This document shows, one piece after another, positions 1-12,309 of a stretch of 64,000 bases of DNA. The notes under the pieces were generated by a model. That model had not been told where the DNA came from. It worked only from the letters and a program-made list of their open reading frames with translations, and ran no database searches. Position 1 is the stretch's first letter. Each line of letters begins with the position of its first letter. The position numbers were made by a program, and so were the translations under genes. The stretch spans positions 62,001 to 126,000 of the forward strand of contig OY253674.1 of the NCBI GenBank assembly GCA_958009085.1, written 5' to 3'. The stretch comes from Protoeuglena noctilucae (lineage: Eukaryota).

Positions 1-1566
1 CGGAAGGTCTGACCCGAGCCGGCCATCTTGACGGGGGTGTCTGACAGGAGCTCGATGTCTTCAAAGCCCGATGACTTCATGTGCGCAAGGATGTCGTGGA
101 CTCTCCTGCGACGCGGGGCAGGGTGGGAACATGAACACAGTTCGGAGGGTGGAAAAGCAACGCAACACCCTCGTTGGCGCCCCCCCAGCTCCCCCATGTC
201 CGCGCCCCCGCACCTCTGCACCACCGCCACCGACTGCAGCGTACTGCTGCTGGTGAATAGCCTCCCAAACGCTTCCTTGGCCGATGGGGGCATGCCCTCC
301 CAAAAGGCGTAGGCGTGGGTGGCAGGGTCCAAGGTCGCCACCTTCTCAATGGGCGTGCACATGATGTGAGGCGGCGGGGTTAACTTGCTCGGAAGCATGC
401 CCCTGCGCGCGTGGGAGGGAGACGGTCGCATGGCTGCCTGCCGTCGACAGCGACGGGCGCATGGGGCGTGCTCAGCCCAACGGACACCCACCTCTCGCCC
501 AGCTTTTCCAACATCACAGAGACCATGTGCTCCCCCTTCATGCACTTCACGTTGTCCACCTCGTAACCCACGGTCTTGCAGCCGCGCGCTACCCAGGCGT
601 GCAGGAGGGGGCGCCCAACGCCCGCACCCACGTCCACCACCATGCTGTCAGCTCCCAGACCGCAGTGCGAGGTCCAGTCATCCAGCACCTGTTGAAAACC
701 AGCCTGCGGGAGTGGGCGGAGGCCACCGTCAGGCTTGGCGCGTGCGTGAAGGTGCTGGGGCCGGGAGGCGCGGCTGTCCTGCGCCTTGGGCCCGGTCACG
801 GGACGAGGAGTGCAAGATGATAGCGATAGCAAGCGGAAAACGCAGCATGGGCACCCAACACCGCGCGAACCGGCGCGGGCGCGGACTCGCGCCAAAAAAC
901 ATAGCGCAGTACGGGAAACGCTGCGCCGTCGCGACTGGGGTCCGGGGTGCCTCGCTCTTGAGGCAAGCACAAGCTATGCAACACGAAGATGGCAATGGTA
1001 TGGATGAATCGGGAAAACGTGGCCAGGGCAGGCGGTCGAGGGTGCGGCAGGCGGCAAGGCAAGTGAGCGCTGGGGCGAGCCCCGCGTCGCACAAAGAGAT
1101 CTCTGCGGCCCGCCGCTTGGCGGAGAAGATCAGCAAGCTGCAATGCATGCATCAGCGCCGCGAGACTCGCCATGGTGATGGTCCCGTAGAGGCCGTCCAC
1201 GCCCTCGCCGCCCCCAATCTTGCTCTCGAGCGATTGCATCAGCGATTGGAGGGTGCGCAGCTGCAGGGCCTTCTTCTCCGCCACGTCCGCCCCTTCATCT
1301 GCCCCCACACACATCTCGGCGACCGGCGCAGTTCCCCTGCCACCAAGGGGGCTCCCCGAGCCCCTCCACCACCCCAAGAATCCCAGAATCGACGACGTGG
1401 TCCAAACGTTATGCAATAGAGAAGTGCGCCGGGAGCGCCGCACGCGCCGTGGTGTCGCTATCGCGCGCGCCGGGGCCCAGCTCACAACGAGATGGCGGGA
1501 ACGGGAAACGCTGGGGAGAGTGCGCGTCGATGCCTGCTCAGCTACTGCCAAACGCTTTTGGCTCAT
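1..1566 (-). CDS. DOT1-like class I SAM-dependent methyltransferase (spliced; start uncertain; 3' end runs off the window)
   Basis: Spliced reading GLYGTITM|AGFQQVLDDWTSHCGLGADSMVVDVGAGVGRPLLHA...GYEVDNVKC across GC-AG intron 704-1170, later THAYAFWEG and PVKMAGSGQTF. YG motif, SAM-binding VDVGAGVG and GYE resemble DOT1-family enzymes. ATG at 1566 is tentative. Confidence 0.65.
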
Positions 1567-1814
1567 ATATACGCTGGGGGGCTGCGCGGCGTCGACAAGA
1601 GGGCTGTGTTTGCCGCGTCAGGAAACGGTCACACTGGCAGCGCGAAACGGACGCCATGAGAGCGGCCCAGCACGCTAGGACCCATCCAGGGCGGTGACGT
1701 CGAGTCAAGGACGCGGCTGGGAGGGCAGTGGCGGTGGGGACACGCCTGCGCTGATGGCATGACACGGCCGCTCCCCAACTGCGCGCCCCCGGCGGACGCG
1801 ACGGCCTGCTAGCG

Positions 1815-2714
1815 ATGCCAGCTCTGTGTCTCTACATCTTCAACCGAGCGGGCACGTGCCTGCATTACAAGGAGTGGAACAGGCCGCGGGGACCGGTCGG
1901 GAAGGTACGCCCCTCTTGTTCGCGCCCGCTGCTCGACGCCGCATCGACAGGGCAGGGCGTTGAGTAGTTACTGCCCTTCCTCACCGCGTCGTGCTGCGCA
2001 GAACCGGGATGACGACGCGAAGATGGTCTTTGGGCTGGTCTTCACGCTCCAGACCCTCTGCGCCAACATGGACCCGACGCCGCGAAGGAAGCCGCTTGGC
2101 CAGGTGCCGTGCTGCTTCACGTGCTGCGCTGCGCTGACGTGGGGCTTCGTTGCCCCTTCCACTGAAGGGTGCCGACCGTCGTTACGGAAACTCGCCCCTC
2201 TTTGGATTTCCTTGGCTCGTGCTGCCTTCCCTTATCACCGCATCGCCATGTTACTTGCAGAAGCTGTTCATCGGCGATGGCTGCGGCTTCCAGAGCTTCG
2301 TCACCAACACGTACCGGCTGCATTACTTCCAGTCGCCGTCGGGGATCAAGTTCGTTTTGATGACGAGCCCGGAGCACGAGGACTGCAAAGAGTTGCTCAG
2401 GTAAGCGGGGCTGTGGCCGGGAGAGTGCCTCCCATGCTTGCGCACGCTCCGCCACGCGACCAGCCTCTAGGGCTGGCCTGGCCTAACCACTCAGCGGGGT
2501 CTTCATCGCGCCTGACCCTCACGTCGCATGCTTAAGGGCCTTTTCACCTCCCATGCCGCTCTGCCTGTGCCCCAGGGCCATCTACGCCCGGTGCTTCTGC
2601 ACGTTCGTGTGTCGGAACCCCCTCTGCAAGCTTGGGGAGAAGATCGACAACGACGGCTTCACCCGCGCGCTTGAGGAGGTCGTGGCACCGCTGCAGGCGG
2701 CCAAGGCTGGCTGA
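1815..2714 (+). CDS. TRAPPC1: TRAPP complex subunit 1 (Bet5, sybindin-like), 4 exons
   Basis: MPALCLYIFNRAGTCLHYKEW...DDAKMVFGLVFTL...FQSFVTNTYRLHYFQSPSGIKFVLMT...AIYARCFCTFVCRNPL, with phase-consistent GT-AG introns. Typical Bet5 motifs. Confidence 0.9.
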
Positions 2715-2919
2715 GAAGCCGCTCCGGCGCTCGTGCCAGTGACGCTGCCCGGGATCCGCCGAAGCTGTCCCTCCTTCCCAGCGCGTCCCACAAAGCTCGC
2801 GTTGCTCTGTCATGCAGTGGCAAGTAGTAGTATCCTTGTCACTCGCCCTGCTTCTCTCTAAGCGTCAGGCGTTGGTTCCGCCTCTTTAAGATCAATCCGC
2901 ATCTTTTTCGGCGTCTAGC

Positions 2920-4177
2920 ATGGCAGACGTTAGCGCAGGTGCTGCCGGTGACCGTCCCGGGGACCGGCAGGCGTTGGAATGCATGGACCAGCTGGACGAG
3001 TACCTGCGGAGCATGCAGGAGCTGCAGGCGAGGGCGCGAGGGCCCCCCTTGATCGTACTCGATCGATAAACCAGTAAGCGGGGCCGGGAGACGGTTCAGC
3101 TGCTCGCGCCATCCGTAGGGCGCCCTCCGGGACGGCTTCTTTAGCCTGGCGCAGGCGCAGTACGCGCTGGGCCCCGGGTCCGTCTCCCTGACTTGCTGTC
3201 CAGGTGATGCTCGCCAAGACGGTGGGCGGCCGGCCTGCATCTCGCGTGCTTCTGCGCCGCGCGCGGCACCGCTTGAGGCACGTCTGCCCGCAGTGTCCCT
3301 CCACGCGACGCGGACCTTCTCCGTGGGCCAAGGCGCGACGGATAGGATGCGGAGCGATGGTGCTGACGCATCGGCGGTCGGTAAGCGGCGATCGATGCGC
3401 CGGCGCTGCGCAGCGACAACCTTCGTGGCATGCGACGAGAGGCATAGAGCTACCTATGGCTAGGCACGGCCGGCGTCCCGCCCGCCTCGCAGGTTTCGCC
3501 GTCATCGAGGGGCCCCCGCGGCACGCACCGGCCGCGGGCGCGCTTTCGGGGGAGCTGGACACCGCGCTGAGCTCGGGCGGGGACGACGGTGCAGCACCCC
3601 AGGCTCTGGGTCGGCTGGTGAGGCGTGAGCAGAGCATGAATCACGAACGCGCTGCATTTGATTGCATGGTACCTTGTACGGGGCCGCTTAGGGCTTCTGC
3701 ATCGCTCTCGACCGCCCCCACTGCAGGCGCCGTACCGGGACGAGGGCGAGGGGTGGTCCAGTGGGGACGACTCGTGGGCAGACGACGTGCTGGACGAGGC
3801 AGGCGAGGAATTCGAAATGCGGAGTGGAATGTGGGACTTTGCTTGGGGTTGTAGACCCCGTCGTGGGATTGCAATGTGGGGCTGCGTAGACATGGAGGGC
3901 GTAGTTGCAAATAAAAGAAAGCCACTTCTTCTCTTCCGTATTTCCTCTCCCAGGCCACGACGCGGCGCTGCTGGCGTCGCTGAACAAGGCGCGGGGGCAG
4001 GGGCGGAGGAGGAGGCGGGGGGGTGGCGACCCCTTGGCGTGGTTTGGGGCCCTGCCACCCGCGTCACTCCGCCGCGCTCAGGAGCTGTTCGTGCAGGCGG
4101 TGGGCGCGGCGGCCAGGGCGGCCACGGCGCGGGCGGGCGTGCTGTCTAGCGCTGAGAGCGCGGGGCAGGGCAGCTAA
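2920..4177 (+). CDS. VMA22: V-ATPase assembly factor Vma22/CCDC115 family, spliced
   Basis: MADV...LDEYLRSMQELQ|GALRDGFFSLAQAQYALG and C-terminal DPLAWFGALPPASLRRAQELF, matching the family motifs GFxxLAxAxY and DPLxWFGxLxPxSLRxAQxxF. Confidence 0.85.
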
Positions 4178-4352
4178 GGTAGAACCATAGGGTAGGAGGG
4201 AGATGCGCAGGCGAGCTCGCATGCGTGTCCCCAACCAGCTATTCAATGACAGCCCATTCAAATGCACCCTGTCGGCCTCTCAACACACTCCATGACAACC
4301 CACTGACTGGTGATGATCACTGATGACCATTGGCACTTCAAAGACAACTCCC

Positions 4353-6754
4353 TCACCGCCACCGCTCGGCTGCCCCCTCGTCTGCCGCCAGCTCCTCGGC
4401 TTCCCTCACTGCCCCCCCGCTCAGGCCGTCCAGCGCCTGCGCCACGCTCCTCCTGCTGCTCCTCCGGTGCTTCTTGGCCTCCAATCGCACCTCCCCCCGT
4501 CTCCCCGGCTCCTCCACACCCGCCCCGCCCTTGCCCACCTTGCCCACCTTCACCTTCACCTTGCCCTCCCGGCGACGCTTGCCCATCGACTGCTCGCGCT
4601 CAACCTGCGGAGGGACTTGGCAGAGATAGTCAACAGTCTCACCAGGATGGCTCAGACGCAAACGGGCTGCCCACCCGTGCAAGTAGCGTGCACTCCCACC
4701 GCTCACGCCACTGCGTTGACATCATGCGATTGCCTTGGCACCAAGGCATCCCAATAACTTCCTCACCTGCTCTCTCTCCTCCACCTCGTCCACCATGGCC
4801 ACGTAGTAGGGGTACCTTGCCCACCCCGCCTCGCGCACCGGGCACCCGGGCTCATGGCGGTGGGTGCAGTTGCGGAACTGACACGGGCCATCCTCGGCGT
4901 GCACGGCCGCGATCTCCGGGAAGCAAGCCTCCAGCGACGAAGCCGACAGGTCCTGCAGAAGAGGGCAACGGATGCAATTCAACGCCCGAAGCTGCTGGGT
5001 GTCCGCTCCGTCATCGCCCTCTCTCTGTCACCCTCCACGATTGCCCCCGCGTCACCTGCAACATCGGCAGGTTGAACCCGGGCGTGTCGCACAGCAGCCC
5101 GCCCCCCGGCATGTCGATGAGCGTGGCCGTGCGTGTCGTGTGCCTGCCCCTCCCCGTCTGTCGCGACACCTGACGCGTCCGCAGCAGTGGGACGGCACCT
5201 GCGCTACCCCCCATCTCGTACCACTCGGGCATCTCATCCAGCTCCTCGTAGTATTCCTCCTCTCCACTCTCATGAACCCCATGCAACCCTTCCCGGTCCC
5301 CCGCACGCCCCTCCCGCTCCGCACCCCGCGACCACCCCTCCTGCCCTGCCTCCCCAACGTCGCCCTCGCACCCCTCCCACTGCTCCGCCGCGCTGCCCAA
5401 CCCAGGCAAGGGCGCCGCCCACTGCATCCATAGCAAGCCGAGTGTTCTGGCACGCAACGCTCGGCCGCAAAGCCAAGGACGACTGCTGCGCAAATCGACA
5501 TCGCGCGCCGCTCACCTCTCCCCGTCTCGCGACCAGGTGCGCCGGCCTCGCGTTGTCCACCAAGGGGATGCCTGACGGTTCGTACGCCTCCCCGCCGCCC
5601 TCCTCAGCAAACGCCAGGCGCAGGCCGTTAATGAGGCTGCTCTTGCCGACCCCCGAGGGGCCGAAGACCACGGACACGCGGCCCCGGGTGCGCTCCAGCG
5701 CCTCCCGCAGCCCCACGCGCAGCTTGACCGACAGCGGCACGGGGTCGTATCCCCACGACGCCACCTCCCCCGCCACCTCGTCCACCTCCGGCGGCGCCAG
5801 CAGATCGCACTTGTTTAGAAACACCGTCACTGCGAGACAGGACGCGAGACGAAGCCGTGACACCTCACTGCACTAGCGTGTCGCAGATATGGGTGTCACA
5901 CGGCGCTGCCAGGTCGGGCCCGTGACACTCTGGCATTCCAGGCTCTCACCCGGCAGCCCGGCTGCATGTGCGGCTGCGAGGAATCGCGTGGCTTGCTCGG
6001 GGTCGAAGGGCGGGTCAGCCACGGCGAGCATCACGATGGCATGGTCGGCGTTGGCGACCAATGGCTCCAGCAGCAGCGACGATCGCGGGAGGATCTCGTG
6101 GACCACCCCGCGGCCTTCCACCCAGTCCACCCCACGCAACTCCACCTGTGAGGTGCAGTATAAGCTACCACGCTTGCGACGAGGCATGGCCCCTTTAAAC
6201 ACCAGCCAACAGCAGTGGCCTGGTCTGCGGTCTCGTCGTCTCGCCATCGCAACAAGTATCCTCACCTTGTCCCCAACGGCGGGGCGGGCGTCCATCTTCT
6301 TCAGAAGGGCGCGGGAGGTGCAGAGGAGCTCCGGCAGCGTGGGGTTGCAGAGGTGGCGGAGGAGGGGGTCGCGGGGCCCGGAGAGGGGCTGCCCGGAGGG
6401 TCCCACGGCGCCGCGGAGCTCAGACACCCGCACTTGCACGTAGTTTGCCCATTGGGACACCACGCGGCCGAGGGCCACGCTCGACCGCAGATTGGCCTCC
6501 ATGACGGGGGCCAGGGGGTGCGGCTCGGGGCGGGCGGGCGGCTCCGCGCGGGGAGGGGACGCCAGCCTGGAAGGGCCCCGCGATGGCGGGGCGCGCCCGC
6601 CCCCTCGGCCCGTCGTCGCCTCGCCGCGCTGCTGCCGGGCACTCGGGCTCTCGCGCGGCAGCGCCTTCCACGCCGGGCCGGCGCCCGGACCTCGGAGGCC
6701 ACCGCACGCGCGGCAGAGCGAGGTGCCCGAGGGGCAGGGGCGCAGTCGCAGCAT
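4353..6754 (-). CDS. rsgA: Ribosome small-subunit biogenesis GTPase RsgA/EngC, probably plastid-targeted, spliced
   Basis: Circularly permuted GTPase motifs NKCDL, GPSGVGKSSL, GRGRHTTR and DTPGF, plus Zn site CQFRNCTHRHEPGC. Has an N-terminal transit-like extension, an acidic insertion before GRGRHTT and a plant-type KKHRRSSRR tail. Confidence 0.92.
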
Positions 6755-7242
6755 CGCCCGGCGGTCGCACGGCGCTCGGGGCACTGCCGCTGGCCGCGGG
6801 GGAGCCGGGCGGGCTGGGTCGGGCCAGGCGCGGGGACTGGAGAGCACGCGCGGGGCGCAGGGCGCGTCGCAGCCGAGGAAGGCGTCGTGGCAGGGCAGCT
6901 CAGCGCCACGGAAACGCGTCGCGAGCTTTGCGGGAGAATGCAGTGCTCTAACCGTCCACTGGCAGCTCCGGCACCCTAAGCGTGTCAATATGAAGATAAA
7001 CTCCGCACGATACGCTCCAGAAAGGCCCCTGGAGGCCCGAACCTCGCTCTCTGGCAGGAACGAGTGCCAGTCCGGGCCCCGGTTTCAGAGGGAGGACGCA
7101 GTTCCGCGGCGCCGCAGTTCCGTGGATCGCGGCAGTCACCTTGCGGCAGGCCGGTGGGGTCTCAGGCAGCCGCGCGCGGGGAATCTCGTCCATCAGAGGG
7201 GCCGGTCCAACTCGGAGCGGGAAGGGAGTCGGGAAGAGCGCC

Positions 7243-8596
7243 ATGGGGCTCGAGGACATCGCCGGGAGGACGCTCCTCCAGACCACCGCCGTGTCGACGG
7301 GGGATGCCGTGGCCCCGTTCTTTGGGTACATGGGGGCCTCGGCTGCCCTGATTTTCTGCTGCTTCGGGGCGGGTGAGTCCTGCGCCCACGTAGCTCACGC
7401 CAATTTCCATGTCGCGAGGCGTATACTCGCTGCACGTCCCCTCCTGCTGCCCCGGGACGCCGGCCTTGGACCCCCTGCTCCCCTGCCCTACTGGGGGGCG
7501 ATGCGCCGGCTGCCGGTCCCCACACGGCCAGAGCGCGTCGCCGTGCGGACAATATATCCTCACCGACGCGTCGAACCCGGTTCCCGCCCCTTCCGCGACG
7601 GCGCGGGCGCGGGCGGGCCGAGCGGTCCTTCTGGCGTCGCGTGCGCCTCCGGGGCAGCCCGCCCCGGCCTGGATGGCGTCCGCGACGGACCTTTTGCGGC
7701 CCCGTTTCGCGCTGCCGGCGCGATGGCCCCTGTCGCGGCCCCCGTCGGCGGGGGGAGGGGCGGGAAGCCTCGTAACGCCTGTCCAACGCCCGCTCGCGCC
7801 CCCAGTCCCGCGCGCGCTCCTCCCGGTCCGTTTTTCGCTTGCTCTGTGGCCGACGGTGCCTCTGTTGCCTCCGTACATTGCCCTGCGTGGACAGGACCCT
7901 CCCTGCCCCTTCCCTGGTCCCCTGCGCCCCGCGAGGGCGCGTTCGGCCCCCGGAACGCATCCACGGGCCCCTCCTTTCCCGCAGCCTACGGCACGGCGAA
8001 GGCCGGCGTGGGGATCTCGTCGATGGGTGTGATGAGGCCCGAGCTGGTGATGAAGTCCATCGTGCCCGTGGTTATGGCGGGTATCTTGGGTATCTACGGG
8101 CTCATCATCGCCGTGATCATTTCGACCGGTATCACCCAGACCGCCGCCAAGCCCTACTATCTCTTTGACGGCTACGCCGGCCTCGGCGCGGGCCTGGTGA
8201 GGGGCGCTGCGGGGCCAAGCCGTGGCCATGCCATGTTGACAGCTCCAAACTCCGCTCTCGTCAGCCTGTGAGCGCCGCCTCCTCCCTCCCTCCCGCAGGC
8301 ATGCGGCCTCGCGTCGCTGTCCGCCGGCATGGCCATCGGCGTGGTGGGTGACGCCGGTGTGCGGGCCAACGCCCAGCAGCCCAAGCTGTTCGTCGGCATG
8401 ATCCTCATCCTCATTTTCGCTGAGGTGAGCACGCTCAGCGTCGTGGCACCCAACAAGTGGCATGAATGCTGACTCGTGGCAGATCTGAGTCGCGCCCGCC
8501 CCTCTCGCTTCGCAGGCGCTTGCGCTGTACGGTCTCATCGTGGGTATCATCCTGGCGTCCAAGGTCGGCACCTCCGACAAGGTTGCGACCGCCTAA
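7243..8596 (+). CDS. VHA-c: V-type H+-ATPase 16 kDa proteolipid subunit c, 4 exons
   Basis: [15 protein letters not shown]...[42 protein letters not shown]...[39 protein letters not shown]. Confidence 0.97.
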
Positions 8597-8841
8597 AGCG
8601 GAATTGCGGCAGGGGAGGGCGCCTGCAGCCGCGACGGCAGCTGCGGCTGCGTGCGACGACACCAGGGCCGGCTGCCTGGGCGGCGCGCCCCTTGAACCCG
8701 CGCCGGGCCACCCCGCGCGCCCTCCTGCGACCGGCCGGTGGTCTGCCCGGTCGGCGCCTTGTGCTTGCTTGAATCAGAGGTTCTGGCGAGGAATGGCGCA
8801 AGACAGGGTCAGGCGCACCATCTCACCCCCGCCCACTAGTT

Positions 8842-10749
8842 CTACTCCCGCTTCATCGACGCTGCCATGTTGCCCTGGCTGGGCATGCGCATGTCCGCCA
8901 GTGTCCCCGTGTCGCCCATCGCCGTCCCCCGCGTGGTGCGCCGCTCGCGCATCCGCAGCCGCCCGACCTCGAGCGTCTGAATCTCGCACTTGCGCTCCCA
9001 GTCCGACACGGCGCGCTCCAGCTCCGCCACCTCGGCCTGAAGAGCACAGGCGCAAAGGGCATGGCATGCGGGGGAGCTGCAACGCGCCTTCGCCTTTGCT
9101 GCGCCCGCCAGCCGTGCCGCACCTTAATTTTGATGAAGTCCATGACCTGGGGCGCCTCCGGGTCGTCCTTCTCCAGCTTGAGCAGGCGCAGCTGGCGGTC
9201 CACCCCCTCCACAAGCGCCTGGACCTTGTCGATGTCCTCGTCGATACGCGTACTCTGCTCCTCTGGGGAAACGAACGCGAGCACGTTGTAAGACACAAGC
9301 AGGGACTCCTGTCAAAGCCTGGCTGCACAGTCACACCATGCGCAGCTTGCAAGAACTGTCATTGGTCCCTCTCGACACCCTCGCTGCCTTCGCCGTCTCA
9401 CCTCGATCCTTGATCTCCTTTCGCAAGAAGTCCTGCTGCGCCATGAGCTTGTTCAGCTTGGACTTGAGGCCGTTCATCACCTGGATGGTGCGGCCCGTCG
9501 TCAGCTTGAGCCTGCGGGTGGTCGGCAGGGCGGCATGCGCGTGAGCGCCCCGTACGCCGTCGGCCCCCGCCACCCAGCCCTCCCATCCCGCATCCCGCCC
9601 CTCACGTGAGCAGCTCCCTGTTCCTGCCGTCGATCTTCTCCAGGAACTGCTGGTTCTCGATCTTGAGCTGGTCAAAGTCAATCGCATTAAGCATCTCGCC
9701 CTTGTCCTCCTTGCTCTTGAGCTGCTGCTCGAGCTTCACGGCCTGGTGCTTCAGCATCTTGTTCCGCTGCACCATCTTGTCCATCACCATCTTCTTCTGC
9801 GCCAGCGACGCGTCCAGGAAGCGCAGCACGCGCTCGGCCATAATCTTGCCCGTGCGAGGGTTCTCCCCCGCCACGATCACGTCGCGCTTGAACTCGTACG
9901 TCTCGCGCTTGACCTCCTCAATGCGCATGTCCACCTCGTCCAGCTGCGCCTGCTCGTGCTCGATGGCCTGCTCGTACGCCTCCTTGAGCTTCTCCATGTC
10001 CTGGTGCAGCGACTCGATCATCTGCGACGCGATGTCACGCAAATCCTCCTCCTCCAGAGGCTCGTGACCCTGGTCCCTGTGAGGGCGTGCGGGCGAAGGC
10101 CGTTGGCGGGGCATGGACGGGGTGCAGGCAGCGACAGCCAACAGCTCAGGCGCCCGTGCACACGGACCTCTCCCCCGCCGCGATGCGGTGCGCCCGGCGC
10201 CGGATGTCCACCATGGACGACAGGGACGTCTTGCGGGGCTCCTTGGCCCGCTTCTCCATCTCCCGCTGCACCTCCTCATACTTGCTCTGCGCGCCCGGAG
10301 CAAAGCTGCTGCGTGAGAGGCGTGGCTGCCCCCGGGGCGCCCAGCTCGGCGCAGCGACGCCAGCCTGCGCTTCTCGCCTTGGAGATTTTCTTCAGGTACG
10401 ACTCGAGCAGCTCGTTCTGGAGCTGCAGCTGGCTGAGGAACGTCTCCAGCGCCTTGAACGCCTTCTCCTTGTCCCGGAGGGCCTCGGGACTTATCTGTTG
10501 CCTGAATGCGAGGCAGTAACACAGGATACGAACCGACTGGCGTCGGTCAGGGCGCGACTAAGACCTCACAAACCCGCGGCAGGGCAGCGGGATGCGCGAC
10601 ATGGGGGACGTTGCCTCCCGCGCGCGCAGGAGGCCCCGTGCATCACAGCGCTGCTTGCCGACTCACTTCAGCTGCGAGTCAGCTTCCTTGGTCGCCTTGG
10701 CCAGCCGCGCCTCGACCGACTCCTTGTTCCCGTCATCCTGCCCCACCAT
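8842..10749 (-). CDS. CCDC113: Cilia/flagella coiled-coil protein CCDC113 (FAP263), spliced
   Basis: ETYEFKRDVIVAGENPRTGKIMAERVLRF...KEDKGEMLNAIDFDQLKIENQQFLEKIDGRNREL...PQVMDFIKIK...WERKCEI, DUF4201-type signatures. Confidence 0.88.
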
Positions 10750-11157
10750 GTCCCCGCCCCACCCGCCACCCCGGGGCGGTCCCCGCTCGTGAGTGCCCTA
10801 TGCACCTGCCAGAGAAAGCAATGAGATGCCAGCTAGAGTCGACGCGAGGCGCAGGAGCCCCAAACCTATTTACCAAAGCGTGCGTTGGGGCATGTGCCCT
10901 CGTGGCGATCTGAAGTCGCAGCGGGGGCAGGCACGAAACACACCAGCAACCGATACACGATAAACTGACGCCGTGCGCGAGCGACGTTCGCGTTGGTTTC
11001 GCGATTCGCCTCCCGGTCTGACCAGGAGGGCACTACCCCTGCGGTCCGGTGCTGCGTCGCAAGCAGCTCCTCTCCGCGCTCGCTCGCCCGCGCCCGCCCT
11101 TTTCCTCGTGGTCGTTTGTCCGGGGGTTGTCGCTCCGTGGGTCGCCGGGCGGAAACC

Positions 11158-12135
11158 ATGGGGGTGAGAGGCCCCGCCGCGGCGGGGGAGCTCCGGGGCC
11201 ACCCGCGGGGGGTTTGGGCGATTGCCGTGTGCATGAGGAATCTTCGCGTCGGCGCTGTGGCCTCGCCGTCGCGTCTCGGGCGCCAGCGGGGGCCGTCTCG
11301 TTGCGAGGGCCCCGCGCCGGGCCTGGCGCCGTCCGGTGGTCTCTCCCTCGCTATTTCATCCCTCACCGAGCCGTGCTCGCGTCCCGTCCCCGCCGCAGTC
11401 CCTCGTGAGCAGCGGCGATTTCCAGCACATCATTCGTGTGCTGAACACCAACGTGGACGGGAAGAGGAAGGTGGTGTACGCTCTGACGGCCATCAGGGGT
11501 GTGGGCCGTCGCTTCGCGGGCCAGGTGCGCGGCTGGGAGCGCAGCCCGCACGCACGGAGGGCTTCCGCGCGCCTCCCGCGGGCCCGTCCTCGGAGCCCGG
11601 CTCCGCATCGACTGTGGTCTGTGCAAGGAGCGTGCGGGCGGTCGGGGCGGATCCGCCGGGGCCTGTGGCGACGGCGGGGCCCCTTGTTTCCCTCAGGTGT
11701 GCCGGGCGGCTGAGATCGACGTGAACAAGCGTGCGGGCGAGCTGACGGCGGAGGAGCTGGATATGATCTGCTCGGTCATCACCAGCCCGCTCGAGTACAA
11801 CATCCCCAAGTACTTCCTCAACTCTCAGGCGAGGGGCCGCCCGGCGCCGGCAGCCCACCCGCCCCGCGGGCCCCCGCCTCGGCTTTCGCTCCGCATGGCT
11901 CGCGTCGTGCTCACTGCGCCCTTTCGCCCTCGCGCAGCGCAATTGGAAGGACGGCGAGTACTCCCAGCTGACCACGTCCAACATCGATGCCGACATGCGC
12001 GACACGATGGAGCGCCTGAAGAAGATGCGCATCCACCGCGGTATCCGCCACTTCTGGGGTCTCAAGGTCCGCGGGCAGCACACGTGCTCCACGGGCCGTG
12101 GGCGCTCGGCGCGCAAGGCTGCCGAGAAGAAGTAA
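11158..12135 (+). CDS. RPS18: 40S ribosomal protein S18 (uS13), 4 exons
   Basis: [41 protein letters not shown]...KRAGELT...[15 protein letters not shown]...[25 protein letters not shown]. Confidence 0.97.
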
Positions 12136-12309
12136 GCCGGCCGACGCCGGGGCTGGGAGGAGCTGGGTGGCGCGGGGGGTGGGGCGGGAGCCGCGCGGCT
12201 GTCCGTCGCTGCCGCATGTGTGGGTGGGCCGGCCGGCTTCAGAGGGGTTTAGCTGGCGGCCTGTGCGACTTGCGCTTGAAGTGCAGGTCATGGACTGCGA
12301 TTGAGGGGC

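Noticed and set aside
2920..8596. VMA22 lying near V-ATPase subunit c as a functional cluster
   Set aside because: The genes are separated by unrelated RsgA; without synteny data this is compatible with chance.
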